Positions 7,739 through 13,775 of a stretch of 13,775 nucleotides of DNA are shown here, piece after piece. Both the position numbers and the translations under genes were made by a program. How positions within the stretch are numbered: the stretch's first letter is position 1; the number at the start of each line of letters is the position of its first letter. The notes under the pieces were generated by a model. That model saw only the letters and a program-made list of their open reading frames with translations, was not told where the DNA came from and did no database searches. This stretch comes from Acidobacteriota bacterium (lineage in GTDB: Bacteria > Acidobacteriota > Thermoanaerobaculia > Multivoradales > UBA5704), in the NCBI GenBank assembly GCA_040005235.1, contig JBDTZG010000100.1:1-13775 (forward strand). The letters are read 5' to 3'.

Positions 7739-8524
7739 TCAGATCTCCACCTCGCCCTCCAAATAGAATACGCAGTCACCCTCCAGCTCGACGCGACCCC
7801 CAACCAACCGACAAACGACCTCTCCGCCTCGACGCGAGGCCTGGAAGGCGTGAAACTCAGTTTTGTTCAGGCGCTTGGCCCAATAGGGCGCCAACATGCA
7901 GTGCGCGGCGCCGGTCACCGGATCTTCCGGGATCCCCTTGGCCGGGGCGAAGTAGCGGCTGATGAAGTCGTAGGCTTCGTCGCCCGGCGCGGTCACGATC
8001 ACCCCGGGGCGGTCCATGCGGGCAATCGCCGGCGGGTCAGGGGAGAGTTTGCGCACGGCTTGCGCGTCGGAAAGCACTGCCATGTAATTGAAGGCGTTGG
8101 CGAGGACCTCGATCGGCTCGACGCCCAGCGCTTCGCTGAGCCCGGGTGGTGCCGGGACCGGCTCGGAGGGCCGGGAGGGGAAGTCCATGACGTAACCCGC
8201 ATCCGTCCGTTTCACCGTCAGGGGCCCGCTTAGCGTGTGAAAAACCACCCGCCTGCGTTCCGGCTCCAGGCGCTCCATGACCACCGCTGCGCTGGCCAGC
8301 GTCCCATGGCCGCAGAGCGGCACCTCGGTGGCCGGCGTGAACCAACGGAGGGAATAGTCGCCGCCTTCCGGCACCAGGAAAGCCGTCTCGGAGAGATTGT
8401 TTTCGGCCGCGATGGCCAGCAGGGTCTCGTCCGCCGGGAAGCCGGCCATCGGCATCACGGCGGCGGGATTTCCCGCGAATCGGCGGGTGGTGAAGGCGTC
8501 CACCTGGAAGATCGGTATGCGCAT
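7739..8524 (-). CDS. PhzF family phenazine-biosynthesis-like isomerase/epimerase, 261 aa
   Basis: QVDAFT...GNPAAV, ENNLSETAF, LRWFTP.TEVPLCGHGTLA, SRYFAP..GIPEDPVTGAAH. Confidence 0.95.
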   Translation of the reverse strand: MRIPIFQVDAFTTRRFAGNPAAVMPMAGFPADETLLAIAAENNLSETAFLVPEGGDYSLRWFTPATEVPLCGHGTLASAAVVMERLEPERRRVVFHTLSGPLTVKRTDAGYVMDFPSRPSEPVPAPPGLSEALGVEPIEVLANAFNYMAVLSDAQAVRKLSPDPPAIARMDRPGVIVTAPGDEAYDFISRYFAPAKGIPEDPVTGAAHCMLAPYWAKRLNKTEFHAFQASRRGGEVVCRLVGGRVELEGDCVFYLEGEVEI

Positions 8525-8563
8525 GGGCTTGATTCTGACCTGAGTTCGTTTCCGGCACCTGAG

Positions 8564-8986
8564 TTAGTGGATATCGCCACCTCGCCCCGACTGCCGGCGA
8601 GAGATCAACGCGGCGATCGGGACGACGATTGCGGTCAGCAGCCATGACGCCGGTGGAACGGCGACGTAGACGAACGCGGCCTTCGCCGTGCGGTGCCCCA
8701 TGGCATCGTCCCCGTAGATCGCCAGTGAGCCCAACGTGACAACCAACATCACGCCATAGAGCGCCGCTCGGGTCATCGTCGACCAACGCTTCGAAGCTCT
8801 GTCAGCCCATACGAGGACGACGAATGGAGAAAGCACCCAGAAGACGAAGAGTACTAGCAGGAACCGGGGAGTCCGCTGACCCGCATGGAGCAACAAAACG
8901 ATCGAGGCCACGGCCCCGACCAGGACCGAGATCAGGGCCGCAGCGCGGAGGCCGCGAAGGGAATCAGCTCGGTCAGGATGGCTCAT
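8564..8986 (-). CDS. Hypothetical 4-TM membrane protein, ~140 aa
   Basis: Four hydrophobic segments (incl. FWVLSPF, AFVYVAVPPASW); co-oriented 39 nt upstream of the PhzF gene. Start uncertain (8986 vs 9061). Confidence 0.65.
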   Translation of the reverse strand: MSHPDRADSLRGLRAAALISVLVGAVASIVLLLHAGQRTPRFLLVLFVFWVLSPFVVLVWADRASKRWSTMTRAALYGVMLVVTLGSLAIYGDDAMGHRTAKAAFVYVAVPPASWLLTAIVVPIAALISRRQSGRGGDIH

Positions 8987-9134
8987 GGGAGTAGAGGACA
9001 CGACGAATGGCCGACGGGTTCCACCTTGATCGGAGTGCGCATGGGCGCCATCATGCTTCATCGTAGGTGGCCCATGCGAGAGGCTCCGCGCGGGCGCCGT
9101 TTGAAGATTCTCGGCGCAGGGCGCCCATCTCTCC

Positions 9135-9140
9135 TACAAT
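9135..9140 (+). promoter_or_regulatory. Putative -10 element for the tRNA
   Basis: TACAAT 20 nt upstream of the mature tRNA 5' end; no convincing -35 at canonical spacing. Confidence 0.4.
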
Positions 9141-9160
9141 TCCTCGTCGCCTCCCTCCTT

Positions 9161-9246
9161 GCCGGAGTGGCGAAATGGCAGACGCAGAGGACTTAAAATC
9201 CTTCGGCCGCAAGGTCATGCGGGTTCAATTCCCGCCTCCGGCACCA
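9161..9246 (+). tRNA. tRNA-Leu, anticodon TAA
   Basis: Acceptor stem GCCGGAG/CTCCGGC followed by ACCA; D arm TGGCGAAATGGCAGACGC; anticodon stem GAGGA/TCCTT with loop CT-TAA-AA (anticodon 9194-9196); long variable arm; T arm GCGGG-TTCAATT-CCCGC. Confidence 0.97.
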
Positions 9247-9427
9247 CTACTCGGGCGATGCGATCTTTCCCGCAAGCCACTGGATTCCGGCCAGGTGTTG
9301 TTGGTCGTGGCTGCGCAGGTAGTGGACCAGAGACCGCAAGGTGAGCCGGCCGTAATTGGCGAAGGGCTCGCTCCAACTGTTGCGGCATCTCTTCGAGCTC
9401 GTTCAGCAAATCGGCCGGCAGGGCCAC
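9247..9427 (-). pseudogene. DinB-like (DinB_2) gene remnant with internal deletion
   Basis: GTG at 9427 with RBS AGGAGA gives MALPADLLNELEEMPQQLERALR. A different frame from ~9363 reads FANYGRLTLRSLVHYLRSHDQQHLAGIQWLAGKIASPE* (TAG 9249-9247), a DinB-type C-terminal HxxxH helix. The middle of the protein is missing. Confidence 0.7.
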
Positions 9428-9430
9428 CGC

Positions 9431-10061
9431 TTATTCTCCTTCGCCCGGGTTGCGGGTCGTTTGGGCAGGTTCGCCCCGGTTCGAATCTGGCACAACCTCC
9501 TGAGGTGAATTCGCGGGAGGCTCGGCTGGAACCTGGGCGGCCACGGGCGCCTTCTCGTGCTCTCCGGTCGCCACGTAGGTCACCGTGTCCCACGCATTTC
9601 GGATGCCGATCAGGAGCAGGCTGAGCACCACGCCGGCTATCACGAAGAGCGAGGCATGGGGATGGCCGGGCAACATCGTTGCCGCGATCAGGAGGGTTGC
9701 GTAGATCCCGCAGGGCGTCAGGACGTACCACCACCAGTCCTCCCGGTCGGGTGTATCCATCCTGCCGGCTCGCCCGCCGGGTGACGATCAAGGCGTAGAG
9801 GAGGCCGGCCAGGCCGAAGATTGCGAGGGTTGTCGATATCGCGCCGAGGGTCCGCCAGGGTGCGCTCATCACGGCGGAGAGCACGAGGGCGCCGACGAAA
9901 TGAACCACGGTCGGCGTGCCGAACGCGTTCAACGTCTCGCGCGAGGCGAGCGCCCGTCGATCGGCGATCAGGGTGATCACGACGAACTGGAGACCGATTA
10001 GCGCCGCGCCGGACGAGCCGACTTTGACGTAGAAGCTCTCCCATACGGACAGGATCGGCAT
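9431..10061 (-). pseudogene. Frameshifted conserved-type membrane protein
   Basis: ATG 10061 gives MPILSVWESFY..GSSGAALIGLQFVV...TPTVVHF...RRASRQDGY. Hydrophobic coding continues in another frame from ~9751: PDREDWWWY...LLLIGIRNAWDTVTY... to TAA at 9431. Confidence 0.75.
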
Positions 10062-10259
10062 CAGGGGATCTCCGCGAAAGGCCCGGATCGGGCGGCACGA
10101 AACGACGTCTGAAGGCGCCGGCGATGCTAGCACCGGTCGACGCCGAGCTCCTCCCGGCTCAGGTCGGAAAGTGCTCGAACCGATACGCCGTTGAGTCCTA
10201 TTCCAGGTGCCGGTTGGTCTCCCATAAAAGGTGTGGCGGGTCGGGCGCTCGCCTTATGA

Positions 10260-10293
10260 TATATAGGCAGAAGCTGGAGTCTATATAGGCAGA
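10260..10293 (+). repeat. Direct repeat TATATAGGCAGA x2, 22-bp period
   Basis: Exact copies at 10260-10271 and 10282-10293; degenerate third copy TATGCAGAAG at 10297-10306. Confidence 0.8.
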
Positions 10294-10350
10294 GCCTATG
10301 CAGAAGGCTCTGGTGGCGCTTCGTGGATGTGGAGTCCCGCCTGAGGCGTC

Positions 10351-10373
10351 GGGCCGGAGTTGGACTCCGGCCC
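10351..10373. repeat. Perfect 10-bp inverted repeat
   Basis: GGGCCGGAGT-TGG-ACTCCGGCCC. Confidence 0.75.
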
Positions 10374-10518
10374 TGGATGCGGGGTGTTGGACGCTGAAGT
10401 TTTGTTTCCTTTTCGTGGCGCTCGCAGCGGGATGTTTTCCGTCGCGATCCGGGTGCTCACGCAGGCGGAGTGGTGGCTCCCCTTGCGGCGGGTTTCGGAG
10501 ACGAGGGTGGTCGCCTGG

Positions 10519-10553
10519 TTCGGCAGCGGTCGCGACGCTGCTGCCGAAGTTTT
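10519..10553 (+). terminator. Possible intrinsic terminator
   Basis: TTCGGCAGC...GCTGCCGAA 9-bp stem followed by GTTTT; the U-tract is short. Confidence 0.35.
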
Positions 10554-10677
10554 CCCGAGCAAAGTTTACTTCCTTGCCCCGGAAGGTGCGAGCATACTCC
10601 GCGCGAGTTCGTCCGACCAGCCGCCGGAAATCCCGTCGCGCCGCAAACGAACCCCGACACCCCGAGAGGAGAGGAAG

Positions 10678-11076
10678 ATGGAGCACGCCAAGGGCGAATT
10701 CGACGTTAAGGTGAACCCGCTGCCGCTGGCCGGTCCGGCGGAGGACGCGACCCTCGGCCGCATGTCGATCGAGAAAGAATTTCACGGCGATCTCGTCGGC
10801 ACCGGCAAGGGGCAGATGCTCACCGCGGGCGCGGCGGAAGGATCGGGGGTCTACGTCGCGATCGAAACGGTGACCGCCACCCTCGCCGGGCGGAAAGGCA
10901 CGTTCGCGCTCTACCACCGTGGGATCATGACCCGCGGCACGCCGGACCTTGCGGTGAACGTGGTGCCCGATTCCGGCACCGGCGAGCTGGCGGGGATCTC
11001 CGGCACTCTTCACATTCTGATCGAGGGAGGCAAGCACGGGTACGACTTCGAGTACTCGCTGCCGGCGCTACCGTAG
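10678..11076 (+). CDS. DUF3224 family protein, 132 aa
   Basis: AKGEFDVK, GRMSIEKEFHGDLVG, YVAIETV, GRKGTFALYH, VVPDSGTGELAGISG, Y.FEY motifs; RBS GAGGAGAGGA before ATG 10678. Confidence 0.9.
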   Translation: MEHAKGEFDVKVNPLPLAGPAEDATLGRMSIEKEFHGDLVGTGKGQMLTAGAAEGSGVYVAIETVTATLAGRKGTFALYHRGIMTRGTPDLAVNVVPDSGTGELAGISGTLHILIEGGKHGYDFEYSLPALP

Positions 11077-11266
11077 CCACCCCGAGCCGGTTCTCGGATC
11101 CGCCGTCGTACCTGAGGGCCAGCGAAGGCTCTAAAGTTTTGGGTGTTCGTGCCCAGGCGGAAAGAGACGGACATCGGAATCCGTCGCCCCGCCTCTCGGT
11201 GCCGGTCGCGTCGGTTTGCGCAGAGGATTCAGCTATGCTGTTACGCCAACCGCCAGGAGATACGAC

Positions 11267-13021
11267 ATGCATTCAGGTATTCGCGCTTTCGCCTTGGTCT
11301 CGACGTTTGCCGTGCTGTCCGCCTGTCCGCCGAAGGACACCGCTCCGCCGGCCGCGGAAGCTCCGAAGACCACCAAGGTTGAAAGGGTGGCGGACCCGGT
11401 GGCTTGCGACAACTTGACCCCGCCACCCACCGCGCAGTTTCCCGCGGGCTTCGACTATCCGCAATCTTCCGGCACGATTCAATCTTGGGTCACGCCGGGA
11501 CAGGGCCCTCGGATGCGCTTTCACGCCTATTGCCTGTTCGCCGGTTTGAACCAAGCCGCCAACGCGGCGAAGGACCCCACCTGGCGGACCTGGGGGACTT
11601 CGACCCAGGCCTTCCCCTACCAGTACAACCCCTGGAAACCTTCGCTGGCCGAAGGGGGAGGGGGCGGCGCGCAGGCCGCGGCCGAGGTCCTGCGTCCGGT
11701 GACGCTCAACGCCAAGAACCAGGCCAACGCGGCGGTCGGCGGGGTGGGCGCGATCAACAACCCGGCTCCGATCTATGGCGTGAATCAAGCGATCGTCAAC
11801 AACCGCGCCTATAAGGACTGTCTACAGAGGATCCCCGGCACCAATCCGCAGCTCTACAACCTCAAGGATGGCCAGAATTTCCAGAGCAACGGCGACATCA
11901 TGGTGGCGGCCGTGAGCTACAACTCGGCGGCGCTCAAGAACATCCTCGGAACGGGCTTGTTCAACGCCGCCTTGCTCGACACCAAGCTGCCGCCGAAGCC
12001 GACGAGCCAGTCGACGAGCATTCAGCCGTTTCCCGCCACGTCGATCGTCCTCAAGGTCATGCTTTGGCCGGTCGCGGGGGGCGGCCCGACCTACACAAGC
12101 GTCACGGCCTTGCCCATCTGGGATTGGGATTCCAACAAACCGGGCTCGCCGGCCGACGGCAAGTACGCCGGCTACGAGATGCAGAACCTGTGGACCCGGG
12201 CGGTCGCGATCTCCAGCGGCCCACCGGGGCCCACGGAGCAGAAGCGGGTGCAGTTCCTCTATGGCGTGCTCGACCCCAACGGCAAGCCGCTCGGCCCGAA
12301 TTTCTACGACGGTGATCGGGTCACCCTCGATCGCTTCTACAGCAAGAAGTATTCACCGACCGATCTGGCCTCGCTGTCGACCTGCGACCGCGCGATCCTC
12401 GACGCCTCGGCCTATTGGACCTACAACCGCGCGTTTCAAGCGGGCGACTCGCTGGCGCTGGTCGCCATGCACATGATCACCAAAGAGCAGTCGGATTGGA
12501 CCTTCCAGTCGGCCTGGTGGCATCCGGACGCTTTCGCCTGCACCAACCCGTCCAGCAGCCGTTACTGCCAGCATCGTCCCAACGCGGTGCCCGGCGGCGA
12601 CACCACGTACAAGAACTACATGATCACCACCACCTACGGCACGACCCAGCAGCAGGGCAACTCCAACTACTACGCCCCGCCGGGAACCAAAGGACCGGTG
12701 TGGCCGGTCGCCTACAACCCCTATATCGAGCTGGCCGCCTCGCACCCAATCACCACCAACTGCATGAACTGCCACCACCGTGCCGCCTGGCCGCCGTTGA
12801 ACCCCGACCAGAAACCGGACGCCGGCCGCGCGTCGAGCTATCTCCAGGCGAACCCGCCGAATCCGAACGCGCTCGAGACCTTCCAATTCAACAACCCGAT
12901 CTTCAACGGCCTCACCATAGTCGATTCGAATTGGGCGGTCTCCGACCGGGCTGGGTATTCGACCGGGGCTACCGGCGCCACCGGAGAGGCGCCGCCACCG
13001 GCGCCGGAGCCGAAAAAGTAG
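11267..13021 (+). CDS. Lipoprotein with single C-terminal c-type heme motif, 584 aa
   Basis: RBS AGGAGA (11255-11260); signal peptide with lipobox LSA|C20; CMNCH at 12761-12775; Asn/Pro/Thr/Gly-rich exported-protein composition. Confidence 0.85.
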   Translation: MHSGIRAFALVSTFAVLSACPPKDTAPPAAEAPKTTKVERVADPVACDNLTPPPTAQFPAGFDYPQSSGTIQSWVTPGQGPRMRFHAYCLFAGLNQAANAAKDPTWRTWGTSTQAFPYQYNPWKPSLAEGGGGGAQAAAEVLRPVTLNAKNQANAAVGGVGAINNPAPIYGVNQAIVNNRAYKDCLQRIPGTNPQLYNLKDGQNFQSNGDIMVAAVSYNSAALKNILGTGLFNAALLDTKLPPKPTSQSTSIQPFPATSIVLKVMLWPVAGGGPTYTSVTALPIWDWDSNKPGSPADGKYAGYEMQNLWTRAVAISSGPPGPTEQKRVQFLYGVLDPNGKPLGPNFYDGDRVTLDRFYSKKYSPTDLASLSTCDRAILDASAYWTYNRAFQAGDSLALVAMHMITKEQSDWTFQSAWWHPDAFACTNPSSSRYCQHRPNAVPGGDTTYKNYMITTTYGTTQQQGNSNYYAPPGTKGPVWPVAYNPYIELAASHPITTNCMNCHHRAAWPPLNPDQKPDAGRASSYLQANPPNPNALETFQFNNPIFNGLTIVDSNWAVSDRAGYSTGATGATGEAPPPAPEPKK

Positions 13022-13033
13022 CGGTCGGAGCGT

Positions 13034-13063
13034 CGCCCGGGTAGAGTCCGCTCTCCCCGGGCG
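13034..13063 (+). other. GC-rich intergenic hairpin without U-tract
   Basis: CGCCCGGG-T-AGAG-TCCG-CTCT-C-CCCGGGCG, between the lipoprotein stop and the next RBS. Confidence 0.5.
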
Positions 13064-13090
13064 CTGCCCGGATCTTTCCGGAGGATGGAT

Positions 13091-13775
13091 ATGGCTATTC
13101 AGAAGGTGGGCGTCCTCGGCTGCGGCCTGATGGGCGCCGGGATCGCCGAGATCGCGGCGAAGGCGGGCCTGGCAACGGTGGTGCGCGAAGTGAACCAGGG
13201 GTTTCTGGACAAGGGGCTCGGCCGGCTTCGCGGCTCGCTCGACAAGGCGGTGGAAAAGGGCAAGCTCGACGCGGCGGCGCGCGACGCGGCGCTCGCGAAT
13301 TTGAGCGGAACGACCGAATTCTCCGATCTCGCCGACTGCGACCTGGTGGTCGAGGCGATCGTCGAAAACGTCGAGGAGAAGAAGAAGACCTTCGCGGCGC
13401 TCGACGAGATCGTCAAGCCCGAAGCGATCTTCGCCTCCAACACCTCGTCGCTCACCATCACCCAGCTCGCGATGAGCACGAAGCGGCCGGACCGCTTCGT
13501 CGGGCTCCATTTCTTCAACCCGGTGCCGGTGATGAAGCTGGTCGAGGTGGTGCGCACGATCCTCACCTCGGACGAGTGCGTAGAGGCGGCGTTTGAGTTT
13601 GCCCGGAAGGTCGGCAAAGAGCCGATCGCAGCGCGCGACAATTCGGGCTTCATCGTCAACCGGCTGCTCGTCCCCTACCTTCTCGACGCGATCCGCGCGC
13701 TCGAAGAGGGGGTGGGTTCGGTCGAGGACATCGACAAGGGGATGCAGCTCGGCTGCGGCTACCCGATGGGGCCGT
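13091..13775 (+). CDS. hbd: 3-hydroxybutyryl-CoA / 3-hydroxyacyl-CoA dehydrogenase (3' truncated by window edge; absent from the ORF track)
   Basis: My translation: MAIQKVGVLGCGLMGAGIAE (GxGxMG), DLVVEAIVEN, FASNTSSL, VGLHFFNPVPVMKLVEVV, GFIVNRLL, DIDKGMQLGCGYPMGP. RBS GGAGGA at 13080-13085. Confidence 0.95.
   Translation, partial: MAIQKVGVLGCGLMGAGIAEIAAKAGLATVVREVNQGFLDKGLGRLRGSLDKAVEKGKLDAAARDAALANLSGTTEFSDLADCDLVVEAIVENVEEKKKTFAALDEIVKPEAIFASNTSSLTITQLAMSTKRPDRFVGLHFFNPVPVMKLVEVVRTILTSDECVEAAFEFARKVGKEPIAARDNSGFIVNRLLVPYLLDAIRALEEGVGSVEDIDKGMQLGCGYPMGP

Noticed and set aside
8361-8376. CCGCCTTCCGGCACCA nearly matches the tRNA 3' end (CCGCCTCCGGCACCA); possible att site
   Set aside because: It lies inside the intact PhzF coding sequence (LVPEGG), upstream rather than downstream of the tRNA, with no integrase nearby; probably chance in high-GC DNA.
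7739-8524. Phenazine biosynthesis cluster
   Set aside because: Lone PhzF-like gene with no other phz genes; such orphans are common.
9215-9427. 70-aa ORF as an intact small protein
   Set aside because: It runs antisense into the tRNA; only the first ~23 codons look genuine, and it is better explained as the DinB remnant.
10260-10312. CRISPR array or iteron origin
   Set aside because: Only two 12-bp copies with a 10-bp spacer; no cas or rep gene in the window.
10298-10714. 138-aa ORF containing a lipobox-like LAAGC
   Set aside because: No suitable start near the hydrophobic stretch, low-complexity Arg/Ser-rich remainder, and overlap with the DUF3224 start.
10198-11037. 279-aa minus-strand ORF, and the 10360 upstream extension of DUF3224
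   Set aside because: The minus ORF is antisense to DUF3224 with no recognisable motif; the RBS supports a DUF3224 start at 10678.

Overview
High-GC bacterial window (host not determinable from sequence; Acidobacteriota-like is only a guess). It opens with a translationally coupled four-gene operon (92-3301): a divergent Lgt-family membrane protein, a small membrane protein, a radical SAM enzyme of the Tes/GDGT-MAS (MJ0619) type and a second small membrane protein. This is the best candidate for an undescribed lipid or protein-lipid modification system. Next come an OPT-family transporter (-), a pentapeptide-repeat protein with a C-terminal CHAT caspase-like domain (+), a PhzF-family isomerase (-), a small membrane protein (-) and tRNA-Leu(TAA). 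Two decayed genes abut the tRNA: an internally deleted DinB-like gene and a frameshifted membrane protein. The window ends with a hairpin- and repeat-rich ~600 bp non-coding gap, a DUF3224 protein, a 584-aa lipoprotein with a single C-terminal CxxCH heme motif, and a 3-hydroxyacyl/3-hydroxybutyryl-CoA dehydrogenase running off the right edge. All family calls come from motif recognition by eye, not from database searches.
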